Shown here in pieces: positions 9,652 to 20,019 of a stretch of DNA of 64,000 nt. The notes beneath the pieces are model-generated. The model saw only the letters and a list, made by a program, of their open reading frames with translations. It did no database searches and had not been told where the DNA came from. The stretch lies in the IMG/VR virus record IMGVR_UViG_3300009130_001695, positions 7,619 through 71,618 of that record; one strand, written 5' to 3'. The DNA comes from a virus. The first letter of the stretch is position 1; each line of letters starts with the position of its first letter. The position numbers and the translations under genes are program-made.

Positions 9652-10568
9652 ATATTTTAATATTAGGTCATACAGGTTTTGTGGGAAAAAATTTAAAAAG
9701 ATTTTTAGAAGATAAAGGATACCCGGTTAATGGTATTTCCAGAAAGGAATGCGATTTAAGAGATTATGATGAATTTTCAAATAGAATAAGAGAATTGGGC
9801 AATATTGATGTTATCTTTAACTGTGCTGCTAATGTGGGGAGTGTGCATTATGTGACTGCAAACGCTGCTGATGTTATTGCCGACAATAGTTTAATGGCAT
9901 TGAACTTGTATAAAGCTGTCCACCAACTATCCCCGAACACAACAATTGTTAATCTTCTGTCTAATTGTTGTTACGCAAATGGAACCGAAATTCAAGATGA
10001 AACTAAGTGGTTGGACGGTGATGTCCATCCATCTGTCTTTTCATTCGGAAATTTTAAGAGAGTTTTATATTATGTTTCTCGTTGTTATGACCAACAACAT
10101 GATATTAAAAGTATTAATTTAATGTTTTCTGGTATCTATGGCCCCGGCGATAGCGCAGATCCCAACAAAGTCCATGCACTCAACGGTATGATTATTCGGA
10201 TGTTAGAATCTGTTAAAAGCAACGATGATAAATTTGAAATTTGGGGAACAGGTTCACCAATTCGAGAATGGATTTATATTGAAGACGTATGTAGAATTCT
10301 GTTACAATCTACTGAATTGGATAAACTTATTGAGCCTGTTAATGTGGCTCAAGGAACCGGCTTTACGATTGCAGAAACTGCACAATGTATTCAAAAAGCG
10401 GTTGGGTATGAAGGTGAATTAACGTTTAATACTGATTATCAAGACGGTGCCCCCATTAAAATATTGGGAATGGGACAATTTGAAAATCTATTCCAGGGAT
10501 ATGTCTTTTCTGATCATCAAAAGGGCGTAGATGCTACCGTGGAATATTACAAGGAGATCCTAGGGTGA
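9648..10568 (+). CDS. fcl: GDP-L-fucose synthase-like epimerase/reductase
   Basis: LGHTGFVG, CAANVG, IWGTGSPIREWIYIED, DGAPIK; ATGA overlap at 9648. Confidence 0.75.
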   Translation: MNILILGHTGFVGKNLKRFLEDKGYPVNGISRKECDLRDYDEFSNRIRELGNIDVIFNCAANVGSVHYVTANAADVIADNSLMALNLYKAVHQLSPNTTIVNLLSNCCYANGTEIQDETKWLDGDVHPSVFSFGNFKRVLYYVSRCYDQQHDIKSINLMFSGIYGPGDSADPNKVHALNGMIIRMLESVKSNDDKFEIWGTGSPIREWIYIEDVCRILLQSTELDKLIEPVNVAQGTGFTIAETAQCIQKAVGYEGELTFNTDYQDGAPIKILGMGQFENLFQGYVFSDHQKGVDATVEYYKEILG

Positions 10569-11698
10569 ATAAAAAAGATTTTGATATTGGCAATGAAATA
10601 CGCTGTTGGGGTGTGTGTATTCCTGATAATGCTGGCAAAGAAGTCGCCAAAACTCTTAAATCAACATGGATTAACACTGGAAAGAAAGAAAAAGAGTTCC
10701 GTCAAAAAATATGCAAGAGATTCAAGGCTCCCTATGCGATTGCATGTATGAGTGGTACATCAGCATTAAAGATTGCCCTACGTGCTTTAGATATCGGCCC
10801 CGACGACGAGGTGGTGAGTACACCCTTCACCTTTATAGCTACTAATACAGCTATTCTAGAAGTGGGCGCAAAACCAGTGTTTGCTGATATTCAATATGAT
10901 ACACTAAACATTGATCCAAAAAGTGTTGAAGAAAAAATTACCGATAAAACCAAAGCCATTATGTGTGTTCACTATGCTGGAAACCCAGTAGATTTGGATG
11001 AGTTGCGTGCAATTGCGGATAAATATAATCTACCCATTATCGAAGATAGTGCTCATGCTATGACTAGTGAGTATAAGGGGCAACCAATTGGATCAACAGG
11101 TGATATTGCTACTTTCTCTTTTCAGTGTGTAAAAATTGTAACTTGTGGTGATGGCGGCGTTGTTACCACTACTAACGAAGAAATTTATAAGAAATTAAAA
11201 AAACAAACTTGGTATGGAATCGATAGAGACACCAAGAAAGTAAGCCTTCTAGATCCATTACCAGCACATCCTGATGGCCTTGGGTTTAAGTCCAATATGA
11301 ATGATATTACCGCTACGCTCGCCTGCACTGCTATGGACCACTTGGATGTACCTCTTAAAAAAAGGAAAGAAATTGGAGAAAGGTATCGTAAAGAGTTTTC
11401 CTCTCTAACTAAGATTAAACTATTAGATTATAAAGATCATTGGACACCTAACTATCAAATATTCCCAGTACATGTTGAAAACCGACAAGAATTTGCAGAA
11501 TTTATGTGGAATCGAGGCATTCAAGTGAACGTCAATAATCGTCGCAATGATATTTATGATATCTTTGGTGGAATGTGTGATCTTCCCAATCTTAAAAGGT
11601 GTGATGAGGATGTTATTCTAATCCCTATTCATAATGATTTAGAACTCTATGATGTAGAGAGAGTTATAAGTGTTGTTAAAGAATACGATGCTAAATGA
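10565..11698 (+). CDS. DegT/DnrJ/StrS sugar aminotransferase
   Basis: SGTSAL, TPFTFIAT, VHYAG, IEDSAHA, FSFQCVKIVTCGDGG. Confidence 0.9.
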   Translation: MNKKDFDIGNEIRCWGVCIPDNAGKEVAKTLKSTWINTGKKEKEFRQKICKRFKAPYAIACMSGTSALKIALRALDIGPDDEVVSTPFTFIATNTAILEVGAKPVFADIQYDTLNIDPKSVEEKITDKTKAIMCVHYAGNPVDLDELRAIADKYNLPIIEDSAHAMTSEYKGQPIGSTGDIATFSFQCVKIVTCGDGGVVTTTNEEIYKKLKKQTWYGIDRDTKKVSLLDPLPAHPDGLGFKSNMNDITATLACTAMDHLDVPLKKRKEIGERYRKEFSSLTKIKLLDYKDHWTPNYQIFPVHVENRQEFAEFMWNRGIQVNVNNRRNDIYDIFGGMCDLPNLKRCDEDVILIPIHNDLELYDVERVISVVKEYDAK

Positions 11699-12429
11699 AG
11701 GCACTCATTGGGCATACAGGTTTTGTGGGATCAAATATATTATCCCAAACTACATTTGATCACTGCTACAACTCTCAAAACATTAAGGATATTCGCGGAA
11801 AAGAATATGATTTGGTTGTGTGTGCTGGGGTAAATAGTGTTAAATGGAAGGCTAACAAGTTCCCTCAAGAAGATTTTTTGCAAATTGAAAATCTTATAAA
11901 CAATCTTAATCAAACTCACTTTAAAAAAATAATTTTAATTTCCACCATCGCAGTATACGACAACCCAGCCGATAATGCATATGGCAGAAATAGATTATTT
12001 TTGGAAAATTATTTAACCAATAAATATCCAACGACTATCATTCGTCTACCAGCCCTTTTCGGAAAAGGTCTTAAGAAAAACGCCATTTATGATCTCTTAC
12101 ACCAAAATCATCAATATTTACCCAATTTTAAGAGCCAGTTCCAGTATTATTCTTTAGATAACTTATGGAGTGATATCTGTGTTGCCATTGAGAAGCATAT
12201 AAAAGTTTTAAATATTGCTACAGAACCAGTACCTTTTTATGATATAATAAAGTTGTTCAATCAGACTGAGGTACAGAATAGCAATAAACCCATAATAACA
12301 GAAAATATGAAATCTTCACACTGCCACCATTGGGGTAAAAAAGGAGATTATTTATATAATTCTTCAGAAATTATGGCGGAATTAAAACAATTCATAAAAA
12401 ATTATGCTAACACGAAACGAGATAGATGA
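11695..12429 (+). CDS. NAD-dependent epimerase/dehydratase (short)
   Basis: ALIGHTGFVGS, ISTIAVY, YGRNR, IRLPALFG. Confidence 0.75.
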   Translation: MKALIGHTGFVGSNILSQTTFDHCYNSQNIKDIRGKEYDLVVCAGVNSVKWKANKFPQEDFLQIENLINNLNQTHFKKIILISTIAVYDNPADNAYGRNRLFLENYLTNKYPTTIIRLPALFGKGLKKNAIYDLLHQNHQYLPNFKSQFQYYSLDNLWSDICVAIEKHIKVLNIATEPVPFYDIIKLFNQTEVQNSNKPIITENMKSSHCHHWGKKGDYLYNSSEIMAELKQFIKNYANTKRDR

Positions 12430-12709
12430 GTATTATACCTATTATTTAGACTTGCACACTCATCCAAAGTGTAGACTGCTGCATTTTATAGGACAGCTTT
12501 TCACCTTAATTGTTTTAGGTGCTTTCGCATATACAGGTTCTTGGATTTATCTATTCATTTCTCCTTTTGTGGTATATCCTTTTGCCTGGTCAGCCCACTT
12601 TATTTTTGAAAAGAATAAACCAGCGGCATTCAGTGATCCTATCAAGGCAAAAATATGTGATTTTAGAATGTTTATAGAAATTTTAAGAGGTAAATTAAGT
12701 ATATGGTAA
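12404..12709 (+). CDS. DUF962 / Mpo1-like membrane protein
   Basis: YYLDLHTHPKCRLLHFIG, YPFAWSAHFIFEKNKPAAF..P..AKICDFRM. Confidence 0.8.
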   Translation: MLTRNEIDEYYTYYLDLHTHPKCRLLHFIGQLFTLIVLGAFAYTGSWIYLFISPFVVYPFAWSAHFIFEKNKPAAFSDPIKAKICDFRMFIEILRGKLSIW

Positions 12710-13653
12710 GAAAAAAGATTTTAGTCACTGGTGGAGCTGGGTATGTGGGGACTTCTCTTATACCCAAACTCTTAGAGGAGGGTCACGAAGTCACGGTGTT
12801 TGACAACTTGATGCAGGGCGGAAATCAGCTTTTATCCTTTTTTAAGAATAAGAATTTTCACTTTGTAAAAGGTGACATTACCATCCAGAATGACTTGAGA
12901 GAAGTGGTAAGGGGTAAAGACATCATTATTCATTTAGCCGCTATTGTAGGATTTCCAGCCTGTCAAAACAACCCAGAACTGGCCACCAATGTAAATGTGG
13001 GCGGAACACGCAATCTTATTGAGGTTTCAGATCCTTCGCAAGTCATCTTATATGGCTCCACCGGTAGTAATTATGGAAAAGTAAACAATATTTGCACCGA
13101 AGAAACTCCCTTAAACCCTTTAAGTTTGTATGGTGAAACAAAAACATTGGGGGAACAAATGCTCCGAGCTAGGGGGAATGTAATTGCTTACCGATTTGCC
13201 ACCGCTTTTGGTGTCTCTCCTCGTCTGCGCCTGGATTTATTGATAAATGATTTTACAAATAAATGTTTAAGGGATGGTTATCTTGTTGTATATGAAAAGC
13301 ATTTTATGAGAACCTTTATTCACGTAGGAGATATGGGTGACTCTTTTGTGTTTGCAATTAATAATTTAGATAAAATGATTGATAACGTGTATAATGTGGG
13401 TAGTTCCAAGATGAATTATAGTAAAGAAGAGATCTGTAACATAATTTCAGACAAGACCAGATCATTTATACATTTTGAAGAAATTGGTGAAGATGCCGAT
13501 AAGAGAAATTATGTAGTGAGTTATGATAAAATTAATAAACTGGGTTTCGAAACAAAAATTGGTATTCATGAAGGTATTGATGAAATCATTAAAGTTTTAA
13601 AAGTGGTGGACTTTAGAAACCCTTACGTCAACACCCAGCCAGGTATTAAATAG
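12703..13653 (+). CDS. NAD-dependent sugar epimerase/dehydratase
   Basis: VTGGAGYVG, HLAAIVG, YGETK, RFATAFGVSPRLRLDLLIN. Confidence 0.88.
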   Translation: MVRKKILVTGGAGYVGTSLIPKLLEEGHEVTVFDNLMQGGNQLLSFFKNKNFHFVKGDITIQNDLREVVRGKDIIIHLAAIVGFPACQNNPELATNVNVGGTRNLIEVSDPSQVILYGSTGSNYGKVNNICTEETPLNPLSLYGETKTLGEQMLRARGNVIAYRFATAFGVSPRLRLDLLINDFTNKCLRDGYLVVYEKHFMRTFIHVGDMGDSFVFAINNLDKMIDNVYNVGSSKMNYSKEEICNIISDKTRSFIHFEEIGEDADKRNYVVSYDKINKLGFETKIGIHEGIDEIIKVLKVVDFRNPYVNTQPGIK

Positions 13654-13661
13654 GGGACGTT

Positions 13662-14405
13662 GTGATAAAATTAGAAATACCACTGGTCCAAAATCCCTTC
13701 GCACCCTATCAAAATCTACATTCGGGTGAGACTGCAATTTTGTTTGGCTCTGGCCCGTCACTTTTAAACTTCGACAGTGGTAAAATCTCCTCAGAGGTTT
13801 TACAGTTTGGGATAAATGATCAGATATTTTTAGATTTAGACCTGGATTATTGGTTTATGGGAGACAGCCATCGCCAAGATCCGGCTTATTTTTTTGATAA
13901 ATTTGAACTTTATGATGAGTACAAACCTTTAAAGCAAAAATTTGTGAGATATTGTAATTGGGCACATCAGGAATTTATTCAGAGTGGACCTCACAAGGTT
14001 CCTAGAAGTGGCCAGTTGCCCCTAAACATGCAGCATACCAAATATTATCCTGCTGACTCCGCAGGAAATCCCGAGCGATGCCTTTTTAATAAGGATTTAG
14101 CGACTGGTCATTTGCAGGCAGTGAGTTCAATAACTTTTGAAATTTTACAGTTTGTGTTGTATACTGGTGTGGAAAAGCTCTTTTTGGTGGGTCACGATTG
14201 TGACTATACTACAGGGGATTATAATGGCTCTAATATTGGTAAGAATTTAAATGCGGGTTATTGGATCTCCAAATATTGGGGAGTCTGTGCCCCGTGGATT
14301 GCTCAAAATTATCCTAAATTAGAGATTTATTGGGTAGAACCCAAGGGGTTGGATATGTTTACCCCGATTACTCTAGAAGCGGCTTATGAGATGATGAACC
14401 AATGA
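13662..14405 (+). CDS. DUF115/Maf-like protein (possible nonulosonate transferase)
   Basis: ILFGSGPSL, FGIND, ILQFVLYTGVEKLFLVGHDC. Confidence 0.55.
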   Translation: MIKLEIPLVQNPFAPYQNLHSGETAILFGSGPSLLNFDSGKISSEVLQFGINDQIFLDLDLDYWFMGDSHRQDPAYFFDKFELYDEYKPLKQKFVRYCNWAHQEFIQSGPHKVPRSGQLPLNMQHTKYYPADSAGNPERCLFNKDLATGHLQAVSSITFEILQFVLYTGVEKLFLVGHDCDYTTGDYNGSNIGKNLNAGYWISKYWGVCAPWIAQNYPKLEIYWVEPKGLDMFTPITLEAAYEMMNQ

Positions 14406-15130
14406 AAGTACAAACAAAAAATATAATAGAAACTTTTGACTCCCTTGACCATGAAAATCATGAGTCTTTAACGCACGGTGCTACCGTTAACGCTATAAAA
14501 GAGTTGGTTTTGGAATTAGACCAAAAACATTTTTTAGAAAGGAAAGTGAAGTTTTTGTTAGATATTCGTGGGTATTTAAAATTAAATAACATTAATGGCA
14601 ATTATGTGGAATTTGGAAGTTACAAGTCTGAGATGCAATATGCCGCTTATGAAATTTTAAACTCCACCCACACTATAGACAAATATATTGGTCTTGATAC
14701 TTTTAAAGGCGAACCAACTTTACGCATGAAGGATAAAGTCCACTCCGTTCATCTCCAAAAAGAACAATTCTCAGCATCCCACGAGGAAACAGAGGAGTTT
14801 GTAAAAAAATATTTAGGCGACTCTGGTTTTTTAATAAAAGGGGATTTTCGTCACAAAAGGGTAATGAGTAAACTAGACTCTTTTGAGGATTTTAATGTGG
14901 TGGTTATTGATTGTAATCTACTATCCTCAATTGAGGCCGCACTAGATTATATTATTCCACGTACTACTCCAGGCGGCTTAATCTTTATAGATGACTTTTA
15001 TGTGAACTGCTCCCAAGGGAAGTTGGTTACGGAAAAAGTTTTTTCCAAAATATTAAAAAAACATAAAAAGAAAGCTTCTAAGCATTCTTTCTATGCGCCG
15101 TTCGCTCATTCATTTATTATCACTGATTAA
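14402..15130 (+). CDS. TylF/MycF-like O-methyltransferase
   Basis: GNYVEFG, GLDTFKG, IKGDF, VIDCNL, PGGLIFIDDF. Confidence 0.75.
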   Translation: MKVQTKNIIETFDSLDHENHESLTHGATVNAIKELVLELDQKHFLERKVKFLLDIRGYLKLNNINGNYVEFGSYKSEMQYAAYEILNSTHTIDKYIGLDTFKGEPTLRMKDKVHSVHLQKEQFSASHEETEEFVKKYLGDSGFLIKGDFRHKRVMSKLDSFEDFNVVVIDCNLLSSIEAALDYIIPRTTPGGLIFIDDFYVNCSQGKLVTEKVFSKILKKHKKKASKHSFYAPFAHSFIITD

Positions 15131-15139
15131 AGGAAGGTT

Positions 15140-16147
15140 ATGTTAGATTTAGAAAACTTTAGTGAGAAATTTCAACAAATTGTAAAGTCTGAAAGTTGGC
15201 AACAAGTAGAAGACCTATTTAAAAAATCTAAAAATATTCTCATTTTTGGAAATGGGGGTAATCTTGCTATAGCAGATCACGCAGCGATAGATATTACTAG
15301 GTTGACTGATAAAAATGCAATCGCACCAGGCTCTGGTATTACTGCAACTTCAATAATTGGAGATAAAGATGCCCATAGCTGGTTTAAAAGTTGGCTGGAA
15401 TATAGACTACGAGGTATCAGTTTAAATAATTGTATGGTGATTTGTATCTCTTGCTCTACAACTGGAACAAGTTCTGAGGCTTCTGTGTTAGCTTTAAATT
15501 ATGCTGCTGATTTGGGGATTCCCGCCGTTTTAATCTCAGCACAGCCAAAGGAAGATTTAGATGAAAGGATTATTTCAGTTTCTCAGAATGTTTCCCTTTA
15601 TCATACTTCAGAAGTCCTATCTTTAGCACTAACTTATCAACTCACTCATTCTGCTGGGTTTGAATGCCCTTCAATCTTCAAGAAGGCCAGAAGTCGAGAG
15701 TTTGAAAAATTAGGTATTGAGTCAGAGAGAGAAGATTCTTCTATTGTGAAGAATACTGCACTATCTTCGAAGCATTGTCCCCCAGGGATGGAGGAACAAT
15801 TAAATAATTTGGCGATTGATTTTGATGGGGTAGTTCACACTTTTGATAAAGGGTGGCACGATGGGACTTGCTATGGAGATCCAATTGAAGGATCTCTGGA
15901 TGCCATTAAGTCTCTATCACAGAAGTATAATATTATTATTTTTAGTGCCAAGGTACGCCCAGACCGCCCATTGGTTAATGGAAAAACAGGAAAAGAGTTA
16001 GTGGACGAATGGTTAACAAAATATGGTGTAAGAGATTGTGTTGTAGATATTACTCACGAAAAACCACGCGCTGAATATTATATTGATGACAAAGCCATTC
16101 CTTTTACGAATAATTGGGACGAGATTCTTAATCAATTAAAGGATTAA
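15140..16147 (+). CDS. SIS (GmhA-like phosphosugar isomerase)-HAD phosphatase fusion
   Basis: N-terminal IFGNGGNLAIADH (compare GmhA GNGGSxxxAxH); C-terminal AIDFDGVVH, KPRAEYYIDDKA. Confidence 0.75.
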   Translation: MLDLENFSEKFQQIVKSESWQQVEDLFKKSKNILIFGNGGNLAIADHAAIDITRLTDKNAIAPGSGITATSIIGDKDAHSWFKSWLEYRLRGISLNNCMVICISCSTTGTSSEASVLALNYAADLGIPAVLISAQPKEDLDERIISVSQNVSLYHTSEVLSLALTYQLTHSAGFECPSIFKKARSREFEKLGIESEREDSSIVKNTALSSKHCPPGMEEQLNNLAIDFDGVVHTFDKGWHDGTCYGDPIEGSLDAIKSLSQKYNIIIFSAKVRPDRPLVNGKTGKELVDEWLTKYGVRDCVVDITHEKPRAEYYIDDKAIPFTNNWDEILNQLKD

Positions 16148-16148
16148 T

Positions 16149-16808
16149 ATGAAAAACATTACAGCTATTATTCCAGTTCGCAAAGGTTCTGTTCGTGTAA
16201 AAAATAAAAACCTTAAACCATTTGCTGATTCTAGTTTGCTAGAAATCAAAATCAAACAACTTAAGAACATTAACATCCTTGACCGTATAGTGGTAAGTTC
16301 TGATTGTGAAAAAATGCTTAATCTTGCCAATAATTTGGGGGTTGAGACTCATCAAAGGGATGAATATTATGCAAGTTCTGAGGCAAATAATTCGGAATTT
16401 TTTAAGAATTTGGGACAAAGTGTTGATGGCGATTATCTTATGTATAGTCCTGTAACGTGTCCTTTAATCTCCAAAGAAACTTATTTAGATTGTATTAATA
16501 CATTTCAAAAGGATAGTATTGAAAATCTGGTAAGTGTAGCTCCAGTTAAACATCACATGTGGTTAGATGGGAAACCATTGAATTATGACATTGCGAATTC
16601 TCCCAATAGTCAAGATTTGCCCGATATTTATCAGATTACATATGGAATATCTATTATTGCTAAAAATGACATGATAGAATGTGGAAATGTTGTTACACGA
16701 AATCCTACATTTAAAGTGTTGGATGAGATTGAATCTATCGACATTGATACAGAATTTGATTTCATGGTAGCAGACTTTGTGTATAAAAAGATTCATGGAT
16801 TACATTAA
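16149..16808 (+). CDS. neuA: acylneuraminate cytidylyltransferase (CMP-nonulosonate synthetase)
   Basis: AIIPVRKGSVRVKNKNLKPF, VSSDC, SQDLP, SIDIDTEFDF. Confidence 0.8.
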   Translation: MKNITAIIPVRKGSVRVKNKNLKPFADSSLLEIKIKQLKNINILDRIVVSSDCEKMLNLANNLGVETHQRDEYYASSEANNSEFFKNLGQSVDGDYLMYSPVTCPLISKETYLDCINTFQKDSIENLVSVAPVKHHMWLDGKPLNYDIANSPNSQDLPDIYQITYGISIIAKNDMIECGNVVTRNPTFKVLDEIESIDIDTEFDFMVADFVYKKIHGLH

Positions 16809-16841
16809 AGTTTTGGGACAATCTGTTGTAAAATATAGATA

Positions 16842-17795
16842 ATGAATGTTTTAGTTACAGGCGGTGCAGGCTTTATTGGTTCCAATTTTGTAGAGTTTGT
16901 TCTAGAATCAAAACGACACTTAATTTCCAAAATTGTTAATCTAGATGCGTTGACTTATGCAGGTGATTTATCCAATACGGAAGAATTTAAAGATGATTCC
17001 AAATATATTTTTGAAAATGTCAATCTGTGCAATATGGATGCCCTGGCGAATGTGTTTAGGAGACATAATATTACTCATGTCATTCATCTGGCAGCAGAAA
17101 GTCATGTTGACAACTCCATAGAAGATCCTTCTGAGTTCATTCAAAGTAATGTCGTTGGCACATTTAACCTTTTAAAACTATCTAAAGAACTTGGCGTAAA
17201 AAGATTTCATCACGTTTCTACCGATGAAGTCTATGGCGAACTGGGCCATGATGGAAAGTTTGACGAGTCAACACCTTATAATCCACACAACCCCTATTCT
17301 GCTTCCAAAGCATCTTCTGATTTTTTGGTGAGATCTTATTTTCACACTTATGGATTACCAGTAACAATATCAAACTGTTCTAACAATTATGGACCCCGAC
17401 AACATTCTGAAAAGTTCATTCCCACTGTTATTAATTCGATCTTATTAAAGCGTCCAATCCCTCTTTATGGCGCAGGGCTAAACGTAAGAGATTGGATATA
17501 TGTAAAGGATCACTGTGAAGGCATTTGGGATGTTTTTGAAAAAGGAAAACTGGGCGAAACTTATTGTATAGGCTCTAATTGTGAAAAGAAAAATATTGAT
17601 GTCATTAGATTAATATGTGATTTATTGCAAGTAAAGCCAGCAGATTGTATAGAATATGTCGAAGATCGATTAGGGCACGATTTTAGATATGCAATTGACA
17701 GTACCAAAATTGAACATGAATTAAATTGGAAGCCCCAAACTTCTTTTCAATCGGGCCTTGAAAAAACAATAGGGTGGTATTATGAACGACGTTAA
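16842..17795 (+). CDS. rmlB: dTDP-glucose 4,6-dehydratase
   Basis: LDALTYAG, HLAAESHVD, HVSTDEVYG, PYSASKA, SNNYGP, DRLGHDFRYAID. Confidence 0.95.
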   Translation: MNVLVTGGAGFIGSNFVEFVLESKRHLISKIVNLDALTYAGDLSNTEEFKDDSKYIFENVNLCNMDALANVFRRHNITHVIHLAAESHVDNSIEDPSEFIQSNVVGTFNLLKLSKELGVKRFHHVSTDEVYGELGHDGKFDESTPYNPHNPYSASKASSDFLVRSYFHTYGLPVTISNCSNNYGPRQHSEKFIPTVINSILLKRPIPLYGAGLNVRDWIYVKDHCEGIWDVFEKGKLGETYCIGSNCEKKNIDVIRLICDLLQVKPADCIEYVEDRLGHDFRYAIDSTKIEHELNWKPQTSFQSGLEKTIGWYYERR

Positions 17796-18504
17796 AGGAA
17801 TAATTTTAGCTGGTGGGATGGGAACCCGTTTGTATCCCCTTACCAAAGTTACAAACAAGCATCTTTTGCCGATTGGTGGTGAACCAATGATTTTTTATCC
17901 TTTAAGAAAGCTGATTGAATGCGGAATAAAGGATATTATGATTGTCACAGGTGTAGAACACAGTAGCGGGATGACTTCTCTCCTTGGGAGTGGCAAGTCG
18001 CATGGCTGTTCGTTTACTTATCGAGTACAAGATGAACCTGATGGTATTGGTGGCGCTTTAAAGTTATGTAAGAATTTTGTGGGAGATTCTTCATGCGTGG
18101 TATTGCTGGGTGATAATATATTTAAAGAAGATTTGGAGCCCCATATAAATTCTTTTGTTGAAAGCGGAGATGATTGCAAATTATTTTTTAAAAGAGTTCC
18201 CGATCCTCGCAGATATGGTGTCGGCGTTTTTAAAAATAAGAGAATTATAAGAATCGATGAAAAGCCTGATGAACCCCAAAGTAATTTGGCTTGCGTTGGC
18301 ATTTATTTTTATACAAACAAAGTTTTTGAAGTGCTCGAAACAACTGCGCCTTCTGATCGTGGCGAATATGAGATAACAACAGTTAATAATGTTTTCATTT
18401 CGAAGAATACTTGCGACCATGCAACCCTTAAAGATCGGTGGGTCGATGCAGGAACCATGGACTCTTATCACAAAACGAACTGGCTCGTTTACCGAGAGGG
18501 TTGA
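17782..18504 (+). CDS. rmlA: glucose-1-phosphate thymidylyltransferase (short form)
   Basis: GIILAGGMGTRLYPLT, NKHLLP, LGDNIF, SDRGEYEIT, WVDAGT. Confidence 0.92.
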   Translation: MNDVKGIILAGGMGTRLYPLTKVTNKHLLPIGGEPMIFYPLRKLIECGIKDIMIVTGVEHSSGMTSLLGSGKSHGCSFTYRVQDEPDGIGGALKLCKNFVGDSSCVVLLGDNIFKEDLEPHINSFVESGDDCKLFFKRVPDPRRYGVGVFKNKRIIRIDEKPDEPQSNLACVGIYFYTNKVFEVLETTAPSDRGEYEITTVNNVFISKNTCDHATLKDRWVDAGTMDSYHKTNWLVYREG

Positions 18505-18505
18505 G

Positions 18506-19213
18506 ATGAAATTATTAATTACAACACGAGCAGACGCCGCTTGCACTGAGTGGGCAGAATTAATGCATCCTATTTTCACCCAATATGCTCATCGAATTGG
18601 CGCAGATTTTGTAATTCTTGATGAAACTTTGAATTGCCCCGAAGCAGGAACAGGCATCGGAAATGGTGTCTATCAGTATCGAATTATGAAACATTATGAC
18701 TTACACGAGGAGTATGATCGCATTTTACACCTTGACAGTGACATGTTACTTTCACCTGAGTGCCCTAATTTATTTGATGTTGTTCCATACGATAAAATCG
18801 GAACTATATTTGAGGATAAAGGAACCCGCAAATCTCAAAGAATTCAGTGTATTATGAACTCACAACATCAATTTGGGGATATCGGCTGGAGAGAAGGCTA
18901 CATAAATACTGGTGTTTTCGTTACTTCCAAATGCCATCGAGATATTTATAAAAAAATTAATGGAGAGTATTTCACCGAATGGGGAACAGATGATATTCAT
19001 ATTGGTTATTTGATTAATAAACTTAAGTATGAAATAGAAGAATTGCCATATCAATTTAATCATATGACAATGTTTTCAGAATCATGGAATGAAAATCCCG
19101 ACCGTTTTGAGTCTCACATCATTCACTATGCTGGTCGTGGAGTTTTTGAGCCGGGTAGCGCACCAAATAAAATAGAGCAAGCCAAACTAGATTATGAAAG
19201 GTGGTATAAATGA
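18506..19213 (+). CDS. GT8-like GT-A glycosyltransferase
   Basis: YDRILHLDSD (DxD), YINTGVF, LPYQFN, IIHYAG; ATG at 18506. Confidence 0.75.
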   Translation: MKLLITTRADAACTEWAELMHPIFTQYAHRIGADFVILDETLNCPEAGTGIGNGVYQYRIMKHYDLHEEYDRILHLDSDMLLSPECPNLFDVVPYDKIGTIFEDKGTRKSQRIQCIMNSQHQFGDIGWREGYINTGVFVTSKCHRDIYKKINGEYFTEWGTDDIHIGYLINKLKYEIEELPYQFNHMTMFSESWNENPDRFESHIIHYAGRGVFEPGSAPNKIEQAKLDYERWYK

Positions 19214-20019
19214 AGCAATTAATAGCTGGTCCATGGGTTGGAGAATTTGGTTGGGAATTGTTTGCGTGGCAAGGATATATGCGGTCGCTTTCAAAGCATT
19301 ACGATAAGACTATAATTATTTCAAGAGAAAATTCAAAGTCATTTTATGATGACTTTGCTGATGGGTTTTATCCCTTTTCACCCACTGGTGGTCTTTCCGA
19401 TGCATTTTTTATGCACAATTTAGATATTAAAAAAGCCTTTATGTCAGTGGCAAAAGAATATAAGATCTCTTTGGACTCTAACACAACGGTGCTTTTACCA
19501 CGCAGACTGGGAATCCCACCACACACCCACTATACCCAGCATTTGATCTTCGGAGATTTAATGATTCAACCTGACTATATTAAATTTGGAGAAGAAGGCA
19601 TTTCAAAATATGATTATATTTTTCACATTCGAGATAGAGATTTAAGAAAAGAAGATAATTGGAGTTTAGAGAAGTGGTCCGCCCTCCGCGATTTATTGGA
19701 TACCAAGAAGATTGCTTGTATTGGAACCCAAAATGAGTCCGGTCACATAGATGGCACAGATGATTTACGAGACATTCCAATTCAAGAATTGTTAAACGTG
19801 ATGAGAAACTCACAGTGCGCTTTCGGACCTTCATCTGGTCCCATGCATTTGGCAAGTTTATGTGGCCTTCCGCATGTTGTATGGTCTATCCCACAAAATA
19901 AGCTGCGATATGAGGAAAATTGGAACCCTTTAAAGACTAGGGTACTTTTTGATTCTACGAATAATTGGCACCCAACCGCAGAATATATTTATGATAGATT
20001 TAAGGAATGGAGTCAGTGA
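19210..20019 (+). CDS. GT9 (heptosyltransferase)-like glycosyltransferase
   Basis: GEFGWE, NWSLEKW, DLR, GPSSGPMHLASLCGLPHV (compare GT9 DSGPMHLAAAxGxP). Confidence 0.7.
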   Translation: MKQLIAGPWVGEFGWELFAWQGYMRSLSKHYDKTIIISRENSKSFYDDFADGFYPFSPTGGLSDAFFMHNLDIKKAFMSVAKEYKISLDSNTTVLLPRRLGIPPHTHYTQHLIFGDLMIQPDYIKFGEEGISKYDYIFHIRDRDLRKEDNWSLEKWSALRDLLDTKKIACIGTQNESGHIDGTDDLRDIPIQELLNVMRNSQCAFGPSSGPMHLASLCGLPHVVWSIPQNKLRYEENWNPLKTRVLFDSTNNWHPTAEYIYDRFKEWSQ

